From positions 16,630 through 80,629 of the forward strand of contig JAGLVB010000003.1 in assembly GCA_023134135.1 (NCBI GenBank): a stretch of DNA of 64,000 nucleotides, written 5' to 3'. Positions within the stretch are counted from its first letter, which is position 1. Every line of letters starts with the position of its first letter. This document shows positions 39,031 through 48,251 of this stretch, piece by piece. The notes below the pieces were generated by a model, which searched no databases, had not been told where the DNA came from, and saw only the letters and a program-made list of their open reading frames with translations. The DNA comes from Candidatus Aenigmatarchaeota archaeon. Its GTDB lineage: Archaea > Aenigmatarchaeota > Aenigmatarchaeia > QMZS01. The position numbers and the translations under genes are program-made.

Positions 39031-39966
39031 TCAGAGAACGAGTGTTTCTTTTAACTGAGGCACAATCTGTTTTTTTCTTGAAACAATATGTTCAGCAAAC
39101 ATTACATTGTTTTCTAAGTTGCCTTTGAAAATTTCTTTGGCAAGATTAATTTCTTCGTCTCCCACTAGATACAAATAAGTGTTTTTTTTGAGAATGTCCA
39201 CGACACCGAAGAACAAATAATCCAGACCGTCTTTTTGTTTTTTGTCTTTTAATGCTTCCAGAATTTCCTCTTTCTTTTCATTAACTGTTGAAGGCATAAC
39301 AGTCTCCCACACTCCGATACCAACCTTTGATTTTCCCATTTCAAAAAACTTGTAATCTTTTTCAATTATTTCATTTGTTTCGATTCCTTCCAGACTGGAT
39401 TTTGCCTTGAACATTTTCATTGAATAATCTTTTAGATTTAACCCCGCGATTTTATTTAATTCCTCCAATATGGTTCTGTCTTCATCAGTTGTGGTCGGTG
39501 AATTCAAAAACAAAGTGTCTGAAATAATTGCAGATGCCATTAAGCAGGCAACTTCCCGGGTTATTTCCAGATTTTTTTCTTTCAGGATTTTATATAACAC
39601 CGTACAGGTGCATCCGAGAGGTTCAATTCTTGCATAAATTTGTTTTGAAGATTTCAATCCACCCAAGTTGTGATGGTCTATGACTGCAAAAAGATTGTTT
39701 TCATTTATACCCTCAATAAGCTGTGTTTGTTCTGTGGTATCAACCAGAATCACTTCTTCTTTATTGACTTTCTTTAACAGTTCAGGCAATTTAATTGTTG
39801 ATTCTGTGAGATACTTTAAGATAAATTTTGTTTCATTATTTAATTCTCCCGCCCTCTTTGCGACTGCGTAATGCCCGAACAGAGAATCGCTGTAATAGGA
39901 TATTATCATTGGGGAGATAATTGAATCTGTATCCGGATTTTTATGCCCTATTGCAATAAGTTCCAT
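39031..39966 (-). CDS. ppaC: Mn-dependent inorganic pyrophosphatase (family II)
   Basis: GHKNPDTDS, VIDHH, IISDTL..SPTTT, DYK.F, SRKKQIVP. Confidence 0.92.
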   Translation of the reverse strand: MELIAIGHKNPDTDSIISPMIISYYSDSLFGHYAVAKRAGELNNETKFILKYLTESTIKLPELLKKVNKEEVILVDTTEQTQLIEGINENNLFAVIDHHNLGGLKSSKQIYARIEPLGCTCTVLYKILKEKNLEITREVACLMASAIISDTLFLNSPTTTDEDRTILEELNKIAGLNLKDYSMKMFKAKSSLEGIETNEIIEKDYKFFEMGKSKVGIGVWETVMPSTVNEKKEEILEALKDKKQKDGLDYLFFGVVDILKKNTYLYLVGDEEINLAKEIFKGNLENNVMFAEHIVSRKKQIVPQLKETLVL

Positions 39967-40072
39967 AATTTACCTATTTTTATTTATTCTCAGGGATTAT
40001 GTCTTATTTTGGGGAATAAAGGTATAATTGGGAGGTTTTCACGATATTTAAAGGTTTTCAGGTAAATTATAT

Positions 40073-40285
40073 ATGGCAGATAAAATAAAAGGAGAAGTAA
40101 AATTCTTTAACGACTTCAAAGGCTTTGGATTCATTGCTGGAGAAGATGGAAAAGAATATTTCGTACACAGCACAGGTCTTAAAGAAGGAACAAAAATAAA
40201 CGATGGAGACAAAGTTGTGTTTGAGATAGAACAGGGAGATAAAGGTCCAAAAGCAGCAAATGTTGAAAAGGACACTTCCGAATAA
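40073..40285 (+). CDS. Cold-shock domain protein
   Basis: GEVKFFN..KGFGFI (RNP1), YFVHS (RNP2), KGPKAANV. Confidence 0.95.
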   Translation: MADKIKGEVKFFNDFKGFGFIAGEDGKEYFVHSTGLKEGTKINDGDKVVFEIEQGDKGPKAANVEKDTSE

Positions 40286-40340
40286 TTCTAATTTTGTGAG
40301 TAAAATTTTGTTTTAAATTTGACAAATAGAATTGAAATAG

Positions 40341-40405
40341 TTTATTTTTTAAGTTGTTTTGAAATTTGAGAATAGTGGAGCGTATATAAGATTTGATAAG
40401 ATTGC
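40341..40405 (-). pseudogene. Decayed duplicate of the sdpI-like gene 3' end
   Basis: 40341-40360 identical to 43081-43100 (20 nt); further similarity encodes IIPAIL. Confidence 0.7.
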
Positions 40406-40496
40406 TGGAATGATTGAGTTTATTTAATCAAATATTTCTCGATACTTTTCTTTAGAATTAAAATAACAAGTATTTATTATTTTAAATAATGTATAT

Positions 40497-41498
40497 ATGG
40501 GGAAAAATAGAGTATATAAATATATTGCAGCAATTATTATTCTAATTATTGGTCTAAGCGGATGCACCTCCCAGCAGCAAGCAGAAGAAGCAAAATTAAA
40601 TACAATAACAATTGGTGTCCAGCCAAGCACACACCAGATTGCTGAAATGGTAGCAATGGATAAAGGATGGTGGCATGAGATTTTTAGCAAATATGGGATT
40701 ACAAAAACAGAAGATAGATTATTCCCAAGCGGTCCCCCGGAAATGCATGCAATGCTTGGAGGAGAACTTGACATTGCTTATGTGGGCGCAGCGCCCGCAA
40801 TAAGCGCTATTTCAAAAGGTCTTGACGCAAAAATAATAGCGGCAGTCCAGATTAGCGGTTCCGCGCTTGTATTAAAACCAGAACTTGCGGATAGTTATAA
40901 AGGTCCAAATGATCTTATCGGCAAAAAAATCGCAACATTTCCCCCAGGTTCAATTCAGGACAGCGTCCTTAAACACTGGCTAAAACAGAACAATATTGAC
41001 CCTGACAAAGATTTAAGAATTGTTGCCATGGGTCCTGGCGATGCTATAACCGCAATAGAAGCGGGACAGATAGATGGAGTATTTCTTCCAGCTCCATCCC
41101 CTTCAAAAATAGAACTTGACAAAAAAGGAAAAATGGTAGAGCTATCCGGCACAATGTGGCCTGATCACGCATGCTGTGTTATTGTTGTAAGCGGCAAATT
41201 AATAAGAGAATATCCTGAGATGGTGAAAGAAATTCTGGATATCCATATTAGAGCAACAAATTATATTTATTCGGACACAGATGACGCAAAAAAGATATGC
41301 GCAAAAAAAATAAAACTTTCAGAAGAGGTGATTGATTATTCACTGAAACACTGGGACGGCGCATGGATAACAGATCCCAAAGAAATCGTTAATTCTGTGC
41401 TTTCCTTTGCAAAAGTTCAATATGATTTGGGTTATATTGAAAAAATGCCAAAACAGGAAGATTTATTTGATATGAGTTTTTACAATCAGATACAATAA
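40497..41498 (+). CDS. ABC substrate-binding lipoprotein (SsuA/TauA/NrtA type)
   Basis: Lipobox LSGC, FPSGPPEM.AML.GELDIAYVG, PGSIQD, HACCV. Confidence 0.88.
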   Translation: MGKNRVYKYIAAIIILIIGLSGCTSQQQAEEAKLNTITIGVQPSTHQIAEMVAMDKGWWHEIFSKYGITKTEDRLFPSGPPEMHAMLGGELDIAYVGAAPAISAISKGLDAKIIAAVQISGSALVLKPELADSYKGPNDLIGKKIATFPPGSIQDSVLKHWLKQNNIDPDKDLRIVAMGPGDAITAIEAGQIDGVFLPAPSPSKIELDKKGKMVELSGTMWPDHACCVIVVSGKLIREYPEMVKEILDIHIRATNYIYSDTDDAKKICAKKIKLSEEVIDYSLKHWDGAWITDPKEIVNSVLSFAKVQYDLGYIEKMPKQEDLFDMSFYNQIQ

Positions 41499-41520
41499 AA
41501 AATGAATTATATCTATATTT

Positions 41521-42309
41521 ATGAACAACCTTAAAAAAAATAAAATCCAGATATTCTCCATTCTTCTCTTCTTATTCCTTTGGCAGATAATTTCACAATA
41601 TCTTATAAATGACCCTCTTATACTTCCGACTGTAAGTGAGGTAATAAAAGCCTTTTTTGAATTATCTTCTGATATTCCAATAGATCTCGCAGTAAGCCTG
41701 CTTCATTTATCAACCGGTCTCTTTTTCGCTCTTATTATCGGGATTCCGATTGGCGCATTAATGGGGTGGTACAAGAACGCAGACCAGTTTTTTGATCCAA
41801 TTATTGAAATGCTCAGACCAATACCCCCATTGGCATGGATTCCTTTTGCAATAATCTGGTTTGGTCTTTCGGATTATTCTGCGGGGTTTATCATATTTAT
41901 AGGAGCATTGTTTCCTATTTTGACAAACACCTATACCGGGTTTCGCAATATCCCCAAACGGCTTGTTGAAGCAGCAAAAGTATTGGGTTGCAAAAAAAAC
42001 ATTAATCTGATAAGACATGTTGCTTTGCCTTCTTCCTTCCCTTATATTCTTTCAGGCATCAGAATATCTATTGGCATTGGATGGATGTGCGTTGTTGCAG
42101 CAGAGATGTTTGGACTGGATAACTATGGTCTGGGCAATGTTGGTGTGGGAAATATGCTGTGGCAATATTACTCCCTTCATATGATGGATAGGGTTGCATT
42201 ATATATGCTTATCCTTGGGGTAATGGGTCTGTCAATGGACAGATTGCTTAAATACGCAGAAGCAAACTTATTAAAATGGAAAAAAGGAACAAATATAAGA
42301 CAAATATAA
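41521..42309 (+). CDS. ABC permease (SsuC/TauC type)
   Basis: RPIPPLAWIP, EAAKVLG, VVAAEM. Confidence 0.9.
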   Translation: MNNLKKNKIQIFSILLFLFLWQIISQYLINDPLILPTVSEVIKAFFELSSDIPIDLAVSLLHLSTGLFFALIIGIPIGALMGWYKNADQFFDPIIEMLRPIPPLAWIPFAIIWFGLSDYSAGFIIFIGALFPILTNTYTGFRNIPKRLVEAAKVLGCKKNINLIRHVALPSSFPYILSGIRISIGIGWMCVVAAEMFGLDNYGLGNVGVGNMLWQYYSLHMMDRVALYMLILGVMGLSMDRLLKYAEANLLKWKKGTNIRQI

Positions 42310-42311
42310 TT

Positions 42312-43067
42312 ATGTACCAACTTCAATTAAAGAACCTGTCCAAGACATTTAAAAGAAACAGCAAAAAGCTATTAGTATTGGACAATATCAACCTAAATGT
42401 AAAGAAATCAGAATTTATAGCAATAGTCGGTCCCTCTGGCTGCGGGAAGACAACTTTGCTGAGAATAATTATGGGTCTGGAGCATCCTTCCAAAGGAAGC
42501 ATAAAATTGGATGACAAAAGCATCAAAGAGGTAAGTTCTGCTTTGGGAATGGTGTTTCAGGAATTTTCATTATTTGGGTGGAGAACAGTGCTTGAAAATG
42601 TTACTTTTGGTCTGGAGATGAAAAAACTGGGGAGAAAAGAACAAATGAAAATCAGTGAAGAATATCTCAAACTTGTTGATTTGGAAGATTTTAAAAAGCA
42701 TTATCCATGTGAACTCTCGGGAGGAATGAAACAAAGGGTTGCTGTGGCGCGGGCTCTGGCTACAAACCCTGAAGTATTGTTAATGGATGAGCCTTTCGGG
42801 GCTTTGGATGAACAGACAAGAAATACTCTTCAAACAGAACTTATTAAAATATGGAAAAAAACAAGAAAAACAGTTATTTTTATTACGCATAATATTGAAG
42901 AAGCAATATTCCTTGCCCAAAGAATAGTTATCCTGTCAAAAACACCTTCAACAGTGAACAGAATTATTGAAAACAAATTACCTTATCCAAGAGATAAATT
43001 AGCTCCGGATTTTATTAAATTGAAATGCGATATAACCAGACACTTTTATGATGGTAAAGATAAATGA
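42312..43067 (+). CDS. ABC ATP-binding protein (SsuB/TauB type)
   Basis: GPSGCGKTT, LSGGMKQR, MDEPFGALD, ITHNIEEA. Confidence 0.92.
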   Translation: MYQLQLKNLSKTFKRNSKKLLVLDNINLNVKKSEFIAIVGPSGCGKTTLLRIIMGLEHPSKGSIKLDDKSIKEVSSALGMVFQEFSLFGWRTVLENVTFGLEMKKLGRKEQMKISEEYLKLVDLEDFKKHYPCELSGGMKQRVAVARALATNPEVLLMDEPFGALDEQTRNTLQTELIKIWKKTRKTVIFITHNIEEAIFLAQRIVILSKTPSTVNRIIENKLPYPRDKLAPDFIKLKCDITRHFYDGKDK

Positions 43068-43081
43068 AATATTTAACAACT

Positions 43082-43726
43082 TTATTTTTTAAGTTGTTTT
43101 TGAAATTCAAGATAAGAATAAATTATCGTATACAAAGCAATTAAAATTGCGGGAATTATTATAAAATATATTGCCTGATCTGGGAAGAATATTCCCATGA
43201 ACGCAATTATACCTGCCAATCTGAATAATTTTCCTGCTAATTTATGCGTTTTATCCCATACTTTTTCATTGCTCATAGTCCAGGGGGTTCTTATTCCTAT
43301 AAACCAATTTCTTTTTATATTTTCAAGAAGACCTCCGATATAATAGAACATAATCCCTATTAAAACTGGAAGGACTAAATTCAGGCTTATTTTAGTTCCA
43401 AGATTCCAGAGAATTATGTGGATTTGGATTAATAGCATGAAGATAAAAAATATGATTATGAATCCATTATAATATTTTCTGGATTTCTCAATATTTTCCT
43501 TTAAGGGGTCTATTCTTGGGATGGCTATGAAAAGCAAAGCGAGTCCTGTGAGAATGAAAGGCAATAAAAACAAGCCCCAAAACTTTGACATGTAACCATC
43601 TACTTCCCCCTGAGCATTCCAGTGCGAAGCCATTTCGTCGGGTAATTGTGGGTAAAAATATAAACTGATTATAAATGAAATTAGGAGTAAGATTAAAAGA
43701 AATAATTCTGATTTGTTTAGTTTCAT
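43082..43726 (-). CDS. SdpI-family (DUF1648) immunity-like membrane protein
   Basis: LPDEMASHWN..GEVDGY, NWFIGIRTPWT, VWDKTH. Confidence 0.88.
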   Translation of the reverse strand: MKLNKSELFLLILLLISFIISLYFYPQLPDEMASHWNAQGEVDGYMSKFWGLFLLPFILTGLALLFIAIPRIDPLKENIEKSRKYYNGFIIIFFIFMLLIQIHIILWNLGTKISLNLVLPVLIGIMFYYIGGLLENIKRNWFIGIRTPWTMSNEKVWDKTHKLAGKLFRLAGIIAFMGIFFPDQAIYFIIIPAILIALYTIIYSYLEFQKQLKK

Positions 43727-43753
43727 AAGTTTATAGGATTATTGGATAAAAAT
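43722..43753. repeat. 32-bp direct repeat, copy 1 (promoter + start codon of the sdpI-like gene)
   Basis: 29/32 identical to 45307-45338. Confidence 0.75.
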
Positions 43754-43771
43754 AATTGTGAAAATGAAGAA

Positions 43772-44119
43772 TTAGGGTTCAATTAAACCTGTGCATCTCC
43801 AGTTTATTTCCGCTTCTTTTGATATTACATAAACAACACATGCAGGATTGCATCCTTCTTTTTCTATATCCAAATCAATCCACCAACTTCCTGTATCCTC
43901 ATTGCACATATAAGTCTCTTTAAGTCTATCCCCGCATTCACTATTGACTGCTATTTCTTTAGCTTCAGAAAGAGATAATCCTTGCTTCGCCTCTTCAGGA
44001 ATGGATAATCCTTCTTTTTCTCTAAGATAACAATATTCTTCTTCTTGAGGATAAAAGTAAATTCCTAAAGCAATTACTGAAACAAGAATGACAATTCCAA
44101 CAATTAAACTATTTTTCAT
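43772..44119 (-). CDS. Secreted Cys-rich hypothetical protein
   Basis: N-terminal TM; CNEDTGSWWID...GCNPACVV...EINWRCTG. Confidence 0.7.
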   Translation of the reverse strand: MKNSLIVGIVILVSVIALGIYFYPQEEEYCYLREKEGLSIPEEAKQGLSLSEAKEIAVNSECGDRLKETYMCNEDTGSWWIDLDIEKEGCNPACVVYVISKEAEINWRCTGLIEP

Positions 44120-44283
44120 AAGATAATATTGATTCCTTCTTTAATAACCCGATTGTTCTTACGAGATTGGATTTAACTCGCAGTTCAAAGAAGTTTTTGG
44201 AATTGTGATTTGAGTAGAGCCGAAGGCGGAACTGTTCAATGCCTGTTATACGAGGATAAGCGAAGCGTTTTGAGTTTAGGAAT

Positions 44284-44709
44284 TTACCGTTTTATTTGAT
44301 TTATATTATCAATAGAAATCCACGCGGACATCATACCAAATCCACTTTTGTCTATAAAAAAAGGAGAAATCTCTTTAATATTTTCCAGAAAAATTAAGAT
44401 GCAGTAACGCTTGGTTTTAATTCCTTCAAAAAAAAGTTTTAAATTTTGAATTCCAATTTGTTTGCCAAATTCCAAAAGAATTTTATTTACTTTACCTGGA
44501 GTTAAATCTTCGAATTGAATAACTTGTTTTACTTTTGATTTTACAGTTACTGCGCATCCTGAATTTTGGAAATATACTATATCCCTTTTTTTTATTTTAT
44601 TCCAGGGAGATTTTCTTGAATTATACCATCTTGATTCTATAATTTTATCACTGGAAGTTATTTTTTCAAGATATCCTAATGATTTTTTCATGATTGCAAG
44701 ATGTTCCAT
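44284..44709 (-). CDS. ASCH/PUA-like domain protein
   Basis: HLAIM..., KIIESR, DIVYF pattern. Confidence 0.7.
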   Translation of the reverse strand: MEHLAIMKKSLGYLEKITSSDKIIESRWYNSRKSPWNKIKKRDIVYFQNSGCAVTVKSKVKQVIQFEDLTPGKVNKILLEFGKQIGIQNLKLFFEGIKTKRYCILIFLENIKEISPFFIDKSGFGMMSAWISIDNINQIKR

Positions 44710-44771
44710 ATTTAATAAGCGAATTTCTTTTAATAAAAATTTATCGATAGGTAAATTCCGGGCAACTCTTT

Positions 44772-45311
44772 TTATTCTTCAGTCAACTTTCTCCAGTTTT
44801 CCTTATAATACTCGAATTTCTTTTTAAATTCCTCTTTTGGAGTTAAATTGATGTTGAGGGATTTTAGGTTTTGTTTTAATTCCTCAAGAATTTTCATTGC
44901 CTGTTTTTCTTCGGTGGAACACATTTTCTCCAGTTCAATTATGTATCCGTATCCCTTTGTGAAATCCATGCACACTTTGGTTTTATTCCACTCAAATTCA
45001 TATCTTTTTCTGAACCATTTTATTTCCACATTATATCCTAAACCAACAAACAGGTTTTCAAGATTTTCAAATTCATCCCTGCTGAATTTTATTTCAATTT
45101 CCTCCCTGCATTCATCATGGAGGTTGCCTTTCTTCATCCAGATTTTTGAATAAAAATTGTTTTTCTGTATTCTTAAATCCTGTTTGGAATCAAAATAAAA
45201 TGTTTCCTGATAATCCTCTTTAATCAGTTTGGCATTTTCCCTGAAAAAGTTTAAGAGTTTTTCATATTGTTTTTTTGAGATGAAGCTTCTTATTTCTAAT
45301 TCTTGGTTCAT
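44772..45311 (-). CDS. CYTH-domain (triphosphate tunnel metalloenzyme) protein
   Basis: ELEIR, REEIE, RKR, GYIIELE. Confidence 0.85.
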   Translation of the reverse strand: MNQELEIRSFISKKQYEKLLNFFRENAKLIKEDYQETFYFDSKQDLRIQKNNFYSKIWMKKGNLHDECREEIEIKFSRDEFENLENLFVGLGYNVEIKWFRKRYEFEWNKTKVCMDFTKGYGYIIELEKMCSTEEKQAMKILEELKQNLKSLNINLTPKEEFKKKFEYYKENWRKLTEE

Positions 45312-45338
45312 AATTTTATAGAAATATTGGATAAAAAT
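45307..45338. repeat. 32-bp direct repeat, copy 2 (promoter + start codon of the CYTH gene)
   Basis: 29/32 identical to 43722-43753. Confidence 0.75.
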
Positions 45339-45474
45339 TGAATCAATATTGGAATTTTACGAAGAGAAAATGTGGATGAAACGAAACCGTAAAATTCTTT
45401 GTTAAATTTCATTCACCCATAGAATCGAAAGGTTATAGCCTCAAAGAGATAAAGAAGTTCTGACGAAATATACT

Positions 45475-45771
45475 TTATTTTTTCTTTTCAACTAAATCTC
45501 CAAGCCATATTCCAAATATAAATAAAATAATAGCTAGAAGAAGTAAAAAACTCAACACAATACCCATTATTGTTACAATTAACTCATCTATAAAACCAAC
45601 CCCAGTACTAAAGTTATACAAAAAATATATTATTGCAAAAAGAACGGCAAAACCACCAAAATCGCATAATATTTGATACATCAAACTTAAATTTGTCTTT
45701 CCATGAATAAAATAACCAAATAGGAATCCTATAACAATGAAAAATACGACCGCAATTATGAAATGTATCAT
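45475..45771 (-). CDS. Small 3-TM hypothetical membrane protein
   Basis: 98 aa, hydrophobic. Confidence 0.6.
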   Translation of the reverse strand: MIHFIIAVVFFIVIGFLFGYFIHGKTNLSLMYQILCDFGGFAVLFAIIYFLYNFSTGVGFIDELIVTIMGIVLSFLLLLAIILFIFGIWLGDLVEKKK

Positions 45772-45864
45772 ATATAAGTTATTTTAATAAATATTTAAAC
45801 ATATCCAGATTTTAGTTATAATTTACACCAATAGGGGTTCAATAAATAATATTTATTTAAAATT

Positions 45865-46476
45865 ATGAGAATTGTAGAAAATTATAGCCACTTGAACGGT
45901 TACGAATCTTTAAAAGTTCATAAAAAACAGATTCTTGATGAAATAAAAAATATAATAAAAAACATTAATGCAAATAATTTCAAAACAAAAATAAGTAAAG
46001 AAAAAACTATGAAAGGAAAGAATTTATTTAATCCAGTTGAAATAAATAAAGCATTTAAAGAAGCATTTTATAAAAAAGGTTGGAAAGAAAGCCGATATGC
46101 TTATTGTGTTACTACAGATGAAGAAGACGTAAAAAATACACAAAATTTATCATTATTAGAACAAAAAGAATATTTTAAGAATAAAAATAAAAAAATTATT
46201 CCTTCTTATAATCAGACTGATTTTGTAAAAGATAAGGTTGCTGTTGAAGTTCAATTTGGAAAATATGCTTTTGTTGCCTATGACTTATTTGTTAAACATA
46301 TGTTATTCTATACAGGTGGGGTTATTAATGTGGGTGTTGAAATATTACCTATGAAAGAAATGCAGAAAGAAATGTCCTCTGGAGTTGCATATTATGAAGG
46401 AGAAGTTTATAATTTAATGAGACAAGGAAGAACAAGCCCACCTGTTCCTTTATTAATCATAGGAATTGCTCATTAA
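45865..46476 (+). CDS. Type II restriction endonuclease, BglII/BstYI family
   Basis: QTDFVKDKVAVEVQFGK (D...ExQ active site), YDL, VGVEI; convergent with an MTase. Confidence 0.85.
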   Translation: MRIVENYSHLNGYESLKVHKKQILDEIKNIIKNINANNFKTKISKEKTMKGKNLFNPVEINKAFKEAFYKKGWKESRYAYCVTTDEEDVKNTQNLSLLEQKEYFKNKNKKIIPSYNQTDFVKDKVAVEVQFGKYAFVAYDLFVKHMLFYTGGVINVGVEILPMKEMQKEMSSGVAYYEGEVYNLMRQGRTSPPVPLLIIGIAH

Positions 46477-47369
46477 TTCTTTTTTGAAGGATCATAAATT
46501 GGTTTTCCCAAAGGTCTTAATTTTAAGTTTCCATTTAAAAAAGATTTTATTCTATCTTTAGTTATTTCAACATATTCTTCTTCTTTTTCACTTCCAATTA
46601 CTTTTCTATTATGTTTTAATCCTGCAATTAATGCACTACCTACCCCTGCATAAGGGTCATAAATATAATCACTTTCATTTGTTAATGCCAGAACACATCT
46701 TTCCACTAATTCAACAGGGAATTGGCAAGGGTGTATCGTTTTTTCTGGATGGTTGTTTTTAACATTAGGTATTTCCCATACAGCTTTTTCCCAATCATCA
46801 TAAATTACGTTCCAAAAATCAGAAGGATTTTTGCCTAAAGGGTTACCAGATAATAATCCTTTTTTCTTTCCTTTAAAATATTTTTTGTTTGGGTACTTTG
46901 ATGGGACTCTTACGGGGTCTAAATTGAAAGTATATTTGTCTTCTTTGGTAAACCATAATAGAGTTTCATATCTCCCAGAAAATCTCTTTTTTGCATGCAA
47001 GCCATGTCCAAAGTGCCAAATAATTCTGTTTCTTAATTTTAATCCTAAACTCTTAAAAAATTCATAATAATAAATATCTAAAGGGTAGATTTCTCCTTTT
47101 TTTACATAGTTTCCAACTTGCCAACATAAACTCCCTTCGGGATGCAAAATTCTAACCATTTCTTTAATCAAAGGTTTGTGCCATTCGAGATATTTATTTA
47201 TATCTTGTCTTTTTTCATAAGATTTTCCAACATTATAAGGTGGAGAAGTAATTATAAGTTTTATACTATTTTCCGGAATAGTTTTTATAAAATCTGCTGT
47301 ATCTCCTTTATGTAATATCACTTTTGATTTTTTTGAAAAATTATTAGTTATTTTTATCATTTTAATCAC
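46473..47369 (-). CDS. DNA N4-C/N6-A methyltransferase (beta class)
   Basis: ITSPPYN motif IV before DPYAGVGS motif I; HPCQFP. Confidence 0.92.
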   Translation of the reverse strand: MIKMIKITNNFSKKSKVILHKGDTADFIKTIPENSIKLIITSPPYNVGKSYEKRQDINKYLEWHKPLIKEMVRILHPEGSLCWQVGNYVKKGEIYPLDIYYYEFFKSLGLKLRNRIIWHFGHGLHAKKRFSGRYETLLWFTKEDKYTFNLDPVRVPSKYPNKKYFKGKKKGLLSGNPLGKNPSDFWNVIYDDWEKAVWEIPNVKNNHPEKTIHPCQFPVELVERCVLALTNESDYIYDPYAGVGSALIAGLKHNRKVIGSEKEEEYVEITKDRIKSFLNGNLKLRPLGKPIYDPSKKN

Positions 47370-47513
47370 CTATTTTATATTTATCTCTTTCTTTAATAGA
47401 TTTTCAATTAAATTGGAGATAGTTATATCTTTATCAATACAATATTTTTTTGTTTCTTTCCATAAATAGGGGTTTATCTTTATGGATGTGGTTTCTTTTT
47501 TATTTTTATCCAT
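47370..47513 (-). CDS. Small ribbon-helix-helix-like DNA-binding protein
   Basis: MDKNKKETTSIKINPYLWKETKKYC...ISNLIENLL; abuts the MTase start. Confidence 0.65.
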   Translation of the reverse strand: MDKNKKETTSIKINPYLWKETKKYCIDKDITISNLIENLLKKEINIK

Positions 47514-47629
47514 GGTATTATATAATTTTAGTAATATATAAAGATTTCTATACTTGAATTTATACATTAAACAATAGAAAAGTAAATGCTGAAATTTACT
47601 GTTAAGAATTTATACGAAAAAGCACCCAA

Positions 47630-48193
47630 TTAGAAACACAACCCATTCAAATCATACCCAACAGTTTCCTCTGCAATTTCTCTGAGGATTTCCGGGGGTA
47701 TTATTTCAATAGGTTTATCATACCTCTCAGAAATTGGATTGACCACAATCCTTTCCTCAATTTGACCATCAAAAATATAAGCCTCCCACCCAAAATCTTC
47801 ATAAAATTGTTTAATTGTTTTTGCGGCATCCCGAACCCGAGAATTTCCTTCTATTTGAACAACATCCAAATCAGGTAAACACAATCCTTCTTTGGATTCC
47901 GGATTGAAAAGATAACTCGAAGATTTAAAATTCTCATAAACATCTCCAACTCTTGTCATTGGTTGTTGCGCAAACAAAGTTAATAATAAATTTCTACTGC
48001 CTTTTTGCCCAACAACAAATTCATAATCAGGAGTTTCAACAAAAGGCATATATTTTTCATCAAAAGAAATTAGTTTATCATAATCATCAATAGCCATTTT
48101 AGTGTACTCTCTGGCAACATCTTTTTCTAATTTCCCCGCATAAACCTGCTGGGGACTGCAGAATACAATCAATTCAGACATAATATTCACCAC
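47630..48193 (-). CDS. Hypothetical protein
   Basis: 187-aa ORF. Confidence 0.6.
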   Translation of the reverse strand: MVNIMSELIVFCSPQQVYAGKLEKDVAREYTKMAIDDYDKLISFDEKYMPFVETPDYEFVVGQKGSRNLLLTLFAQQPMTRVGDVYENFKSSSYLFNPESKEGLCLPDLDVVQIEGNSRVRDAAKTIKQFYEDFGWEAYIFDGQIEERIVVNPISERYDKPIEIIPPEILREIAEETVGYDLNGLCF

Positions 48194-48251
48194 TAAATAT
48201 TAATTTATAAAACGATTTTACCAATTAATATTTCTTCTAATTCACTAAATT

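Noticed and set aside
45352-45470. Possible ncRNA/hammerhead (GAATTTTACG...CGTAAAATTC inverted repeat, CTGACGA)
   Set aside because: I could not build the three hammerhead stems; only one 10-bp inverted repeat is supported
45865-47369. Inferring AGATCT specificity from site avoidance
   Set aside because: AGATCT occurs several times in the window; family membership does not fix specificity and no count statistics were possible
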